From: Dimargaris cristalligena
Lineage: Eukaryota
Direction: 5' to 3'
Assembly (NCBI GenBank): GCA_003614675.1
Contig: ML002257.1
Location: 1-56,258 of the forward strand
DNA length: 56,258 nucleotides
Below the pieces are notes generated by a model. That model was not told the origin of the DNA. It saw nothing but the letters and a program-made list of their open reading frames with translations, and searched no databases. Shown piece by piece: positions 23,856 to 35,946 of the stretch; the first letter of the stretch is position 1, and every line of letters begins with the position of its first letter. A program made the translations under genes and the position numbers.

Positions 23856-25526
23856 ATGGACCCTTCGTTGAATTCGGGATTTGGCCCTCCCGGGAGCGGC
23901 CAAACGGCCAACCATTTCCCTATTTTCAATCCCTGCGCCCCGTCTAATCTTCGCCAAGACGCCACCGGTCTCCGCGCAATGTCCGCCAACGCCCAGAAAG
24001 TCACCGCTGGTCTGGGCCTCCCCACCCACTACGGCCGCCCCGGCGGCGCGACCAGCAGTAGTGCCCACGGCAGCAATATCTCCGGTTCCGGCAATGGCCA
24101 CGGCTGCAGTACCGCCCCGCTCCCCACTGTGTCCGGCAGCCCTCTCTACCAGACCGAATTTACCAAACGCAAGAACTGGCACCACCGCATCGTCAGCGAA
24201 ATCACCGATATGGTACACGTGATCTCTCCCTCGGGTAAGATTATGTTCTGCTCCCCGTCCTCGGTGGAGGTGGTGGGCTATACCCCCGAAGAACTAATCG
24301 GTCGGAGCATCACCGACTTTATCCACGTGGATGACGTGGACACCTACATTCGCGAGTTCAACATGGCCATCATCCAGCGCGATTTCCGCCTATTCTACCG
24401 CTTCCGGCGGAAGGACGACCGCTTCGTCCTGCTGGAAGTCGTCGGCCACCCGTGGTTCACCGCCGATAGCGGAACTTCCCTCCTCGGTTCGACTACACAA
24501 GGCACCGGCCAGCCCCCATCTTCAATACCCGATGCGGGTCTGGGTTCCTCCTCCTTTAATCTTAACCTGAACGCCCAGGCTGCCCAAATCTCCGTTAATA
24601 ATCCCGGCCAGGGCCACGGTGCCTTGGCCCGCTACCCTGGCGGAGTCTACTCCACCACCGTCACCTCCAACGATGGCCGCACCCCTTACATGGTGTCCCA
24701 TGGTAATAATGACGCCATGACCTCCAATCTGTCTTTACAGTCGGGCAGCTCGGGTTCATCCGAGTCAAGCGGGTCCATGGGCCAAGTTTCGGCCGGAAGT
24801 GGGCTGGCGGGGTTCCCCGTGGCCAAGTGCTTCTTCAGCATCGCCCGGCCGTATCCCATCAAATCCACCTCGTTCCTGGACAACCTGCTTGAGCTCAAGA
24901 TGGAAAATGAGCTTCTCGTTCGCCAGTTCCAACAGATGGGCGGTGATGAGGACATCCTCCTCCAGATTACTAGTTCCATGAACGATGAATTTGAGCTTAG
25001 TCACCTGCGTAATCGCCTTATGGCGAACCGCCCCGAGTACATGGCCGGCATTTCTGACCATTTGGACATCTCCAGTACCACCTTATCCTCACTGGCCAGT
25101 TCCAGTAAAGCCATGTCGGACCTATCGGGTATGCAAATGGATTCGTCAGCGGGCAACCTCGGGTCCGGTATGACCATGGGGATGGGAATGGTTGGGAATA
25201 TGGGCCCGACCATGGTTCGCCGCAAGAAACGCCGTACCAAGACCGAGGCTTTGGAGCATGTCTGTACAGACTGTGGAACGGTCGAGTCCCCGGAATGGCG
25301 CAAGGGCCCCCAGGGTCCCAAGACCCTCTGTAATGCCTGTGGACTTCGCTGGGCCAAGAAGAACAAAAAGATCGACTTACCCCTCGATGCTTTGGTCCAT
25401 TCGTCGGGACTGGCCTCGGCGGGTAGTAATGCCCCTGGAAGCATTACCGGGAGCTCCGTAAGCGGTGGACTACGATCTGCTCCTTCATTGGCCGTCGCCG
25501 CGTGGTTTCCCGACGATGAATTTTAA
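23856..25526 (+). CDS. wc-2: White Collar-2-like PAS + GATA zinc-finger transcription factor
   Basis: EFTKRKNW..PAS domain (HVISPSGKIMFCSPS..GYTPEELIG..DFIHVDD..FYRFRRKD), then ARPYP..LDNLLELKMENE, then the GATA finger CTDCGTVESPEWRKGPQGPKTLCNACGLRWAK. This is the WC-2 architecture. Confidence 0.88.
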   Translation: MDPSLNSGFGPPGSGQTANHFPIFNPCAPSNLRQDATGLRAMSANAQKVTAGLGLPTHYGRPGGATSSSAHGSNISGSGNGHGCSTAPLPTVSGSPLYQTEFTKRKNWHHRIVSEITDMVHVISPSGKIMFCSPSSVEVVGYTPEELIGRSITDFIHVDDVDTYIREFNMAIIQRDFRLFYRFRRKDDRFVLLEVVGHPWFTADSGTSLLGSTTQGTGQPPSSIPDAGLGSSSFNLNLNAQAAQISVNNPGQGHGALARYPGGVYSTTVTSNDGRTPYMVSHGNNDAMTSNLSLQSGSSGSSESSGSMGQVSAGSGLAGFPVAKCFFSIARPYPIKSTSFLDNLLELKMENELLVRQFQQMGGDEDILLQITSSMNDEFELSHLRNRLMANRPEYMAGISDHLDISSTTLSSLASSSKAMSDLSGMQMDSSAGNLGSGMTMGMGMVGNMGPTMVRRKKRRTKTEALEHVCTDCGTVESPEWRKGPQGPKTLCNACGLRWAKKNKKIDLPLDALVHSSGLASAGSNAPGSITGSSVSGGLRSAPSLAVAAWFPDDEF

Positions 25527-27590
25527 TCTGGGCTGCCGGTGCGGTGCTAAGGCGAAACCCCTTTATAATGATGGGCATCGCTTTGATCCCACTGAACAGT
25601 TGCCTAGAGTGTTTTTCTCCGCCCTCCCCTCTGCATTGGTATTATATTAGGATGCTACCTGCGATGCCGCTATTGGGAGGGTTGGGGATAAGTGGGCGAC
25701 ACGCAGCGAAGCTACTGCCCTACCAAACGGGGGATTCCATGAAAGATGGATATAACTCTGCTTATACAACTGCTGAACTATACTACAGTTGCCAGCCTTT
25801 GGGATGATCTTCATTTGCGTTAACTCTCTTGTGGCACCTAATCATTCAACATCCTCTTCTTTCTTGTTGCACTCTCCCTTCTATTCCCATCCACATTTTC
25901 CATTTCATTGTTTCTATAGTCTATAGTAGTCCATAATGTACTTTATACGTCTTTCTCTCCAGCAATAGGCACCAAAAACAATCCTACCCCCCACATGTCT
26001 ATGCGTATATCCGTGCGCGGGTATAAGTATGTATTTACTAATACATCTCGATATTCACCCCTCCTACTTCCCCTATTTACTACTAATTACCTATTACAGT
26101 CTCCCTTCATATTTCTGAGCTGGCAATGGCCCCTTTGATTTACTATTATCCAGCGCCATACCCCCTTGAAATGGTATACCCGTTTCCCAATACCGGCTGC
26201 CTTGCTGGGATGGAAACCCGGTCCTAGCTATTGGTATTGGCCCAGTCTGTTCGGACCACTAGTCCGGTTTCTCTATCCCTGATACACCTAGTCGTGGCTT
26301 TTATGGTCTGAGTTGCTTGAGTTGGTTATTAACTTGTATGTGTTCGCACCGGGGCATTGCCGGATCCTTTAGCAACCACTTGTGAGGTATTTTAGATGTT
26401 CACCCAAATGCCTATATTCTTGATGGCATGTAGGAAGAAATCTCGGCATAGGGAGCTGTATTCACTCCCCTGATACTCGCTGGCTTATCAATTCACGTAC
26501 CCACTAGCTCCCATTTTTCACCTCGGCTGATTAATTTGTAAAAGAAAAAAACAAACGAACTCACCGCTAATACATTTCCAAATACATCCACTCGCACACA
26601 CCCATTACATATATAAATAATTTTATACGCTCATCACAATAAATTTACATCCCCCTATGATGCCTAACCTATATGGAGAAGTATCAGATAGATCGACTAA
26701 ACCACGCGTAATATATCAGGACGCCGTCTGTAACTCGCACGCGACCAGGCCAATATCGAGATTCTTAATGAGCGGTGTGGGCCAGTTCGAGAGGATGGGG
26801 AATCATGGAATCGGGATATTGGGAATTTATTATTTCGCGATCCTAGTCCGATACGACCATCATTTACATTTTAGTACACTGCAGGCGCTCAACTCAATCA
26901 TTTAATGAATAGTTCATCATATTGCTGTACCTAGCTGTGGTTGAGAAAACAAGCTGAAACCTCGGCGATTTTTATTATTATTTATTCGTTTGCCATACAT
27001 TCGAAATATCCACAGTCCATTGGTATCTTACATACCCCCCTCTTACCAATATATACTAGGTCAATATAATTATTTAATAATAACGAAGACCGGCCGCATA
27101 ATAATAGTGCGCGAATGGAAGTAATGCCAATATGTATTATACAGCGATAATTGCGTGGTGCCTACGGTTCTGAAGAATATGCACAGTGCCTTTTTATATT
27201 AAAGCTAGGACTGAATGGCGCAGTTTTTATTTTTGGTGGCAAGTGATTTGGAGCATGAAACGGTGGCACATCAAAGTATAAATGTCATGAGCAACAGTGG
27301 TACATTGCAGTTTTAGGATTGAGAGCGGAACGAGCGAATGAGTGGGTGGGTGATTCGGAAGACAGCCGTGTTTTATTTTTTACTAAATAAATATCCATGA
27401 TACTCGCTAGTGGGCCCAGGTGGGGTATAGTTAGGGTTATACGGACTCGGACTTACTCAACCGTTGGGCCGGTTTTAAACCTCTCCCCCTTCCTTCCCGC
27501 TCTTTCCCCGAGTGAGCAGTTATTAAGTAAGGGACTCGGTTAATCAGGTTTGATTACTTGCCTCCAAATGTGGAAGCGGTGACTGGAAGA

Positions 27591-27623
<33 letters not shown>
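27591..27623 (+). repeat. Compound (AT)n(GT)n microsatellite
   Basis: Directly visible. Confidence 0.85.
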
Positions 27624-28939
27624 AAATCGAGGAATTAATAGTCGAATCTGTTTATAGTGAGTGGTAAGAAACGCAACAAGAGAGCTTATCAACTGCCGGC
27701 AGGGTCAAAAGAAATGGGCTAACGATGTATCGAGTATCCCATGGCAGTGTATTATAATTAAAATGGTTGATTCATCTACAACAGGCACCGAAGATATTCA
27801 ATGTGATATTATATTCATTGAGGCTTCGATTATTTCGATGGCGAAACTATTCATGAATGCCATATAACCTCGGTCCACCCCCACCATTGACAACTTAACA
27901 ATCTGCCTCATCCACAGGTGAAGGGGAATACACGAAACAAATGATTGGGTCATCCTGGGGGAGAACTATTACCAAAGTGTGGGGCTGATGATTTCAGGGA
28001 CTATACATGCCCATATGTATGTATAGCTATGCCTGAGAGCTAACGTTCCACCCATATATGATGTTCAATAGATTTATTCGGTATAATATAATGAGAGGGG
28101 GACAGGTAACCGTTGGATCTATTTCCATCCACGCCCAAGGTGGCCGCACGATTATAGCTCTCGCCTACCCTTGGGACATCCCCTCCCTAACTGAGAGACA
28201 AGATGGGGGTAGCCAGTAATGAATGGAAGAAACCTTCAGGTGCGTTGGGTTTCTCAAATACTCTTCCCCTCCCACACTCACCTTTATCCTAGTATCGCGT
28301 ATTTTCCCGTGTTTTCGTAACACAGTGCTTGGCAGAGATTAGTACTTGGTATTACAGTTCCATTATGGTGGCACCTTCCCAGCCTACTACCAAAATAGTA
28401 ATCAACGGGTTTGTGGCGGTCAACATGCCACTAGAATGGAGCGACGGCCCTTGGCAATGCATCAATGGGATTTTGCTTGTATGGCATGTCGACGGGGAAA
28501 ATTACCATAGTGGGAGGAAAATAGAGGACTAGATCATTGTTGTATTTCATTTTTAAATATAGTCATCCCTCACCTTACTTATTCTAATTGGAAGCCTTGG
28601 ACGTGATACGGTATTACCTTGAAAACTGTCGTTAGTGGAAAACCTGCCCTTTTTGGGTCGGCGAGATGCCTCTTTGGGGACACTGCACTTCAATAGCCAT
28701 AAAGACAGTGTTTGGAAGACCCTGGAGTGCAGTTCAATGATGTTTTTTCTATTATATCTATCTCCTTACAATGATCAATTATTAATGGGTGCGGAGAAAA
28801 GGAAAGGGGGATGAGAAAATACCCGCGATTTGACTCACGGTAATTATCGATAAATCAGATTTCCCTAATTTTGGACAGACTAATCCGTGGCCAAAATGAC
28901 AATATATCCCCTCTTGTTAGACGCGGTCGGGATCCTCCA

Positions 28940-28946
28940 TATAAAA
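28940..28946 (+). promoter_or_regulatory. Putative TATA box of the secreted orphan gene
   Basis: TATAAAA about 260 bp upstream of the ATG at 29200. Confidence 0.4.
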
Positions 28947-29199
28947 GGAGTGGGTTTGGCCACTTTCATAGCTCGGTACATCCGTCTTCCGACCTATATG
29001 ATTTAAGCTCCACAGACGGACAAAACAATCATAGCACAATTTCCTTTCTCCTATAGCATTCTTTCTCGATACTTTTTGATTTGTATATATATATATTAAA
29101 AAAACAATATATATTTTCAGAGATTTTAAATATCGAATTGTATTTACCCTCTCATATCCTTTTTATATATAGCTATATCCATTATATTGCTCCGCCACC

Positions 29200-30571
29200 A
29201 TGCTTAGAGTACACTGCATTTCCTTGGTTCTTGCCCTTTTGACCGCCGGGTCCAGTCTGGCGCAGCCGGTCCACCACCAGAAGACTCCCAACGAGCCACA
29301 GTTGGTCCACCCATCCAATAGCGCTCCTTCGTCGGAATTATCTGACCCGCGCCTCCCACTTCCCTGCCCAGGAAACGACGACCAGAACCCGGGTCGACTT
29401 AATTTAGGCAACTTAGAACCTAGTCAGCTTAAGGACAAGCGTATCCAGGCGCGCGCTTTCGAGTGTTTCCGGGACAATGCCATGAACGTAAGGCTAACCC
29501 TCACTTTATATATCTACTAGGCCAGCCATGCTTTCCTGCGCCCCCGTATTTACCCTTGAACATGGCTTACATATACTCTAAACGTGTTTCCGTAGACACA
29601 CATGTCCACGCATCCTTTTCTAACCAACTCACACTTTCATGCACAATCACTCTTTCTCTTGCCTGCGCTGCCTTTATATATATATATATATATATTCAAT
29701 ACACCATGACATGGCTTAGTTGGTACCCCTGTTCTACTGGGCCGTTAGTCAGGACAACCACGAACCCCTCCTTGAGAAGGTCACCGAAGCTATATTGGCA
29801 TCCGATGACTTTGGCAACGTCTTTGGCAGGCTCATGGGTCCCCAGAACGGCCAAATGTGGATCAACCAGCAGCTTCGTACCAAAACCACCCACACGGTCC
29901 CGTTTAAAAAGTCGCACATTGGCCGGTTCCTGCGCTTCCACCCCCTGGAGTTCGCGGTTAGCCGGGGCCTCGAAGACCCCGTCCTGCGCATCTGGAGCCA
30001 CGCTATGCAACACCAACTAATCCCCCAGCTTTCCATCCCCCACATGGCCGGTCCGGTACGTGCGTATTTTGAAGCCGCTTACCGGAGCCTTTTCAAAGTG
30101 GCCGTGGTCTATGACCTCGGCACGTTTGCCCACACTTTATCGCAAAGTTTAGCCTATGGACAAGCGCCATTCCCGCAAGGCGGGGGGGTCCTGGGTAGCC
30201 AGGCCCCTTTCCATACCGTCATGAATCTGTGGGCCGTCCAGGGTAACCGGGCCAAGGTGGTCGAGCAGTTGGCGAGCCCCGAATTTTGTCGGTATTACAT
30301 CGTCGGGACGCTGATGGACTCCATGGCCCGGGCCGGTTGGGCGTTCACCCATCGCGTATTTGGCAAGGTCCTGGAGCTCAACGGGTATTACAATATTCCG
30401 ACTTATAGCGCTGTGGTGGCCGCCGCGACGAGTGATCACGTCCGGCTCGATACTGAGAAATTGTTCCTGCCGGCTTCGTACCAGGCACCCGAAAATCCTG
30501 ACTCGGAAGAGGGGCATACTTCCATCGTGAATTTCTTGGAAATTACGGAGGTGGTAGCGAGCCATTCTTAA
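29200..30571 (+). CDS. Secreted protein of unknown family (about 379 aa)
   Basis: Strong Kozak context GCCACCATG. Signal peptide MLRVHCISLVLALLTAGSSLA/QP. Exons 29200-29487 and 29720-30571 join through a phase-0 GTAAGG...TTAG intron. I recognise no domain. Confidence 0.8.
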
Positions 30572-30681
30572 ATGGCTCAATGTGAAGTAGCGCGATAAAC
30601 TGCCAGACTCTTGGCGATACCCTTATTCACTTTAAGACCCAAGTTGCCACTGGACTCTCCATTTTTTATCAGCTTCCCATT

Positions 30682-30683
<2 letters not shown>

Positions 30684-30718
<35 letters not shown>
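30684..30718 (+). repeat. (AT)n microsatellite
   Basis: About 17 uninterrupted units downstream of the secreted gene. Confidence 0.9.
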
Positions 30719-30721
<3 letters not shown>

Positions 30722-33700
30722 ACTAGGGGAAGTTTACAACAGAAATGATGTTTAGTTTCAGCAAGGCATGCATTTTTTTTATTCCTCTCAATACATTTTG
30801 CTATATAATTTTTTAAGGTATTGGTATTATCGATATATTTAGCCTTGGACAATAAAGGAATTGCCGAATTTTGTTTTTGAATAAACACTACTGATAGTTA
30901 CAAGTAAGAAGGAACCATTGGGCAATAGCGGGTAATGGTGACGCCCTGAAAAGCTACAAAAATAGCCCATTCCTCCGACCACTAAAGGGCGGTTTTAGTC
31001 CGGATCTTTCTGACCCTGAAGAGGATGGCTATAGGGTTTGATACCCCTGATGCCAACGCAGGGCACTATATTAACTTGGGAGATAATAAGTAGAGTACGA
31101 AAAAAAAATCAGCAGGAGGCCCCCCTGTGGTCAGATCAGTACCGACTGGCTTGGTATAAATGATGAGTCGGGGGGGGGGACAGGTTCGCATAAAAGGAAG
31201 TGCTTACTAATCATAATAGGAGGTTAAATAAGCGGTAGTGGCAGTGGGTCACATTATTTGCCACCAAAACGGGGAGGGGGACATTGTAAGATTACCCTGA
31301 TTGATCAGCCCTGTCCCGCAGGAACGGTCCGTTATCTGTTGGGGACGATGGGTGGGAGAACGCAGGGGATAGCGGCGTTAATACATGACTTAGAAAGGAA
31401 ACCGTTAATAAAGCCACATCGCCAATGGCAATTTTGGTAATTGAATCGACCGATTTATTTAACAACTACCAGCCTAGTGTAGGGCCAATGCGATAAACTG
31501 GTCTAATGGTGTACCCCCCCCCCTGATTTTGAATAGGATGGTGGAATATATAGTAAAACCACGCACTATTAATCCGTTAACCGCATGGTCCCCTTTTCCG
31601 GCCAAGTAAACTTACTCTGGCGGATAGAGTTGAACAGCCTGTGATAATATCCCTAAATGTTTATATTCAATACCCAGATTAGACCTGTTTTATTATTATT
31701 AGTAGTATTTCTTTTTGGAATCGACAACTGGGATTGTATGTATCACTCAGCCTATGCACGCTACGCTTCCGTATAGAACCTAGAAACCTGATGGCCGCTC
31801 TCACGGCGCAGCCCCAGTGGCTCGCCCCGTTTTAAACAGCAGGTACCTTTAGATAGTCTAGCAGATATTTTATGCGGTTCACAGGTTAGTTTATTGGTGA
31901 ACACCCTCATATAATTACACTAACGGGTTTTAAACCCCCAATCTACCCACACATAGATTAAGGGACTGCCGTGTGATGAGGCCTTGGCCGCCATCATTTT
32001 AATCTTCCTCTTTATAGGGTTGTTTTGATTTAATACTGTGCTAATAGGTATTTCAGGATCAAATTAATAAGCTACATCGTGACCCTGAGGTTGGTAGGGC
32101 CCTACTCAATTGATTGACATTGAGTCTGCGGTGGCTGTAACGCAAAACTATCCAATGTACATTTGGATCAATTGAAAGCATAGCCAACGCCCTCCCCACC
32201 CTTGGATTACCCCGTGATTAGTGGAGTCCCAGATACACTGCTTAACTGACTCGTCATGACCAGTGGGGCTCACCCTGAGCAGGGATAATCCAATTCGGGG
32301 CTATCAGGGCCCGCGGCGTTAAAGAGAAGGGGGTTTAGGTAAGGGATTCGGATTAAACCATCTAGGGGTGCGGCTACACTAAGCCAACTAAGCACTAGTC
32401 CATCCAGATCCCAAGGTATCCTATCCCCTCGAAATAAAGTGTAATAGAAAAACAGATAAAATACCAATCATTTTAAAAAAATGTACACACCCATCATTTC
32501 ATTAAAGGAAAGCAATAATACCCCACCACATGATAGCTGGCTAGAATAATAAATAACTATAGTCCTCGGTTTGGATTAGGATTGGGATTGTGAAATAGGC
32601 CCAGACGCCACCCATGACTTGCGCTGGCTGCGAACTTGATCAGCTGTTATGTCTTCCCTATTTGGCAACTCCTTCTATCCGATCTGCGATGGACATCGTA
32701 AAATTCATCCACTGAAAATTCATATCCCTGTTTTTGCAGTCGTTCACCTCTTCCGTCTCTCTAGCGGGTATATCACACAACCATGAAATCGGCTCAGGCT
32801 TAAACTGGACTGCCTGCATTCCCCTCCGAATGTTCCCGTAGCACCCAGTAGTGTGACTTGAGCTTAAACAATGAACGCCAAACATTGCACGCGGATTAAA
32901 CTTTTCGCAGATCGCTGCTTCGCGCTTGTGACCCACCGTGGATTTCATAAAGTAGGGGCATCAATAAAATAAATATATATATATATATAAAACATGCGGC
33001 GAGAAGAAGGGATTTAAAGAAAATTTACACGCGGATCGTCGAGAGTGGCACCCTAGAATGGGGATGCAACGGGTTCAACTCAAAGAATACCAATGACTCT
33101 TGGCAACCGCATTGACATCGACCATACGGCGTGATTTACGCAGCGGAGAGCTTCATACACTCCTTTAAGCCCTTGAGGTTTCATACGGGCTGGAATCCAA
33201 CCCTCATCTCCGCCCCTCTCAACCACCGGCTAGCACCCAGGGTGGGGGGGAGAGGGGGGGGGGTCCCCCTCACCAAAACCTCAGGGGCAGTGGTGTCTGG
33301 TTTAGTCAGCTCAGGGTGCGGCAATCTAGTGCTTAATTCCAGTGCGGGTGGGGGCATCAGAATGTGGGTACAAGGAATGTAGTTCGGTGGGGCAGAGGAA
33401 GGCAGTTGTCGCCGACTGGCTTACAGTGCCACCAGGCTTAAGAAATAGCTCCGAACCTAAAAGGATAAGGGTAAAATTAATGGCTTACATTTAATCAAGC
33501 CCAATGATTTTTTTTTTTGACTTGACCTAATATTCATCCGAATTGAACCAAGCTCGCTGTTGCCGACTTTTAAAGGTTAGAGCACACTAAAATAAAGCGG
33601 CCGGGATCATTGTGCGGCAAAGGGTACACGATGGGCCATCTATCGGGCCTGTTTAATACTATGATGGTGATATTGACATCACATATCTATTTTTCAAATC

Positions 33701-34330
33701 AACGTATCCCGACCATGATCCCCCCCGCCATATTCACAAGTTGAAACACTGCTACTCTATATACCAAGTGCTATTGGAGATCCGCCCAGTCCAAAGATAA
33801 CGCGGTGCAGGTTTCACCTGCCAGAGACAAAGAGTGGGAACACGGAAAGTGAGAGAAGGTATAAACACACGAAGGATATGTAAATGGAACAGGGGAAGGG
33901 AGAGGGGTGTGGAGGGTAACTGGTGTGACTGGTTTAAATGAGCGTTTGGTGTAAAATGATTCAGCGGATGTTTTCGGACAGGACGCGAACTAAGGAACCA
34001 TTGTTTATTTATTTCATTTTGAACTCGGCGGGTAGAACGTCAAGTTTAGCGACTAGATCCAGGTGCCCACAATCGTGCCAAGGGTTGCCAAATCCGCTGC
34101 AACAGTCGTCGGTAAGGGGGTTATAGGGTAGGCATTTTAATATTGTAATTTTATTTTTTAAAAAGAATCGTGCTATGGAGGAGAAGAGCCAGCCGGATCT
34201 AGCCCGCTCTCACCCGATGTGGCAGAGTCATCAAAATCGGGTTGGTCCAACGGGGGGGGGGGAGACCCTCAGGTCTCGCGACTGTTAAGGGGTGTGCGGA
34301 AAAGTCGGGAATTCGATCACTGGTGTTAGA

Positions 34331-34338
34331 TATAAATA
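34331..34338 (+). promoter_or_regulatory. Putative TATA box of the chitinase gene
   Basis: TATAAATA about 255 bp upstream of the ATG, followed by a pyrimidine-rich leader. Confidence 0.45.
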
Positions 34339-34587
34339 CTCTCCGGTGGCCCAACCCTAGGCCATTTAATCAAGTTTCTTCGTTCAGATACAGCCCCTTT
34401 CCCCCTTACACTCAGACCATTCCTCTTCAGTCCTAACCAGTTTCGCCTCTCTAGTTATATCAAACCCACACCTCTTGTTGGAGATATATATATATATATC
34501 CGCCCTTCGCCCACACCCCTCTTCCTGCCCTTCGAACTATTCACCCCCCCCTTCTTGTCGCCCTTCCCTCTTCCCTGATATTACAAC

Positions 34588-35946
34588 ATGCGTCTAACCA
34601 TTACCACCCTGCTGCTCGCCACCGTGGCCGCACTGGCCGCTAGCACCGCCGTTGCCCAGCCGGCCGGTAGTTCCGATGCCAGCGTCAACCCCATTACCCC
34701 CGGCCAAGATTTGGCCGATAATGCTTCTGCTCTACCCCCCACCGTGGTCAGTACCACCGCTGACGGCAGTGAAGTGAGTCTGACCGACGACGGCAACGAC
34801 TTGGCGAAGACCAACCGCGCCATTGTCGGCTACTATCCTGACTGGGTAACCCGTTTTATGCAACCCGAACAAATCCCCTACGAGAAGCTGACCCATATCA
34901 ACTACGCCTTTGCCCTGTTGACCCAGAACTACGAAATCAAGTTCGATACCGAATGGCTGATGCCCCGGGTCGTGAGCCAGGCCCACGCCAAGGGAACCAA
35001 AGTACTCATTTCGGTGGGCGGTTGGACCGGTTCCCGGTTCTTCACCCCCATGGTCGCGAGCGCCGCCACGCGGGCCACTTTTATTAACAACGCCGTCAAT
35101 TTCGTGAACCAGTTCAAACTCGACGGTCTGGACATTGACTGGGAATACCCTGGCCGGCTGGGTATGTCGTGTAACACGTTCGATGCCCAACACGATACCG
35201 ACAACTTCCTCTTGCTGCTGCGGGAACTCCGCGCCCGGTTCGACCGCGAATGGGGCGGCGCTTCCAGCGCCGGTCGCAAACTGATCACCCTAGCCGTACG
35301 CGTGGAACCGTTTGACGGTCCGAGCGGTCCCATCAGTAACGCCGCCCCGTTTGCTCCCTTGGTGGATTTCGTGAACGTCATGGCCTACGATGTGTATGGC
35401 TCGTGGAGTCCCACCACCGGCCCCAACGCCCCGTTTAACGCCGGGGGCGACTCCAACTGGTCGTTCACCCAGGCCGCCGACAGCTGGATTCGCGCCGGCT
35501 TCCCGCGCAGCAAGATCGTCATGGGTACCGCCTTTTACGGCCGGTCCGCCATCACCAATGCGCCCATGACCACCAACAATATGTTCGCTCCCAAACAGTC
35601 GGCCATCCCCCGCGGCGACCAGGACGACGGTCTGTGGGGCGAACCCTGTCCCGGCGCACCCTACACTTACTCCAGCGTGTGGCAGTGGCGGAACCTCCGT
35701 AGTCAGGGCGCTTTGGTCTCCCCGAACCAGGCCGGCGCCGGCTGGGTGCGCCACTGGGACCAGCAAACCCAGACCCCGTGGTTGTTCCGCGCGGCCGATA
35801 ACACCTTCGTGTCCTACGACGACCCGCAATCCCTGAACATCAAGACGAACTACGTCCGTAAACAAAACCTCGGGGGAGTGATGCTCTGGGACTTGCACCA
35901 CGATAATGGTGAGCTGCTGGATGTTCTGCAGCAGGTGCGCTACTAA
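34588..35946 (+). CDS. Secreted glycoside hydrolase family 18 chitinase
   Basis: Signal peptide, then VGYYPDW, LTHINYAFA, SVGGW, the catalytic DGLDIDWEYP (DxxDxDxE), NVMAYD, SYDDPQS and LGGVMLW. Intronless ORF with no recognisable carbohydrate-binding module. Confidence 0.96.
   Translation: MRLTITTLLLATVAALAASTAVAQPAGSSDASVNPITPGQDLADNASALPPTVVSTTADGSEVSLTDDGNDLAKTNRAIVGYYPDWVTRFMQPEQIPYEKLTHINYAFALLTQNYEIKFDTEWLMPRVVSQAHAKGTKVLISVGGWTGSRFFTPMVASAATRATFINNAVNFVNQFKLDGLDIDWEYPGRLGMSCNTFDAQHDTDNFLLLLRELRARFDREWGGASSAGRKLITLAVRVEPFDGPSGPISNAAPFAPLVDFVNVMAYDVYGSWSPTTGPNAPFNAGGDSNWSFTQAADSWIRAGFPRSKIVMGTAFYGRSAITNAPMTTNNMFAPKQSAIPRGDQDDGLWGEPCPGAPYTYSSVWQWRNLRSQGALVSPNQAGAGWVRHWDQQTQTPWLFRAADNTFVSYDDPQSLNIKTNYVRKQNLGGVMLWDLHHDNGELLDVLQQVRY

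Noticed and set aside
32658-32948. 96-aa minus-strand ORF in the spacer upstream of the chitinase
   Set aside because: No recognisable motif, and it lacks the codon bias of real genes here.
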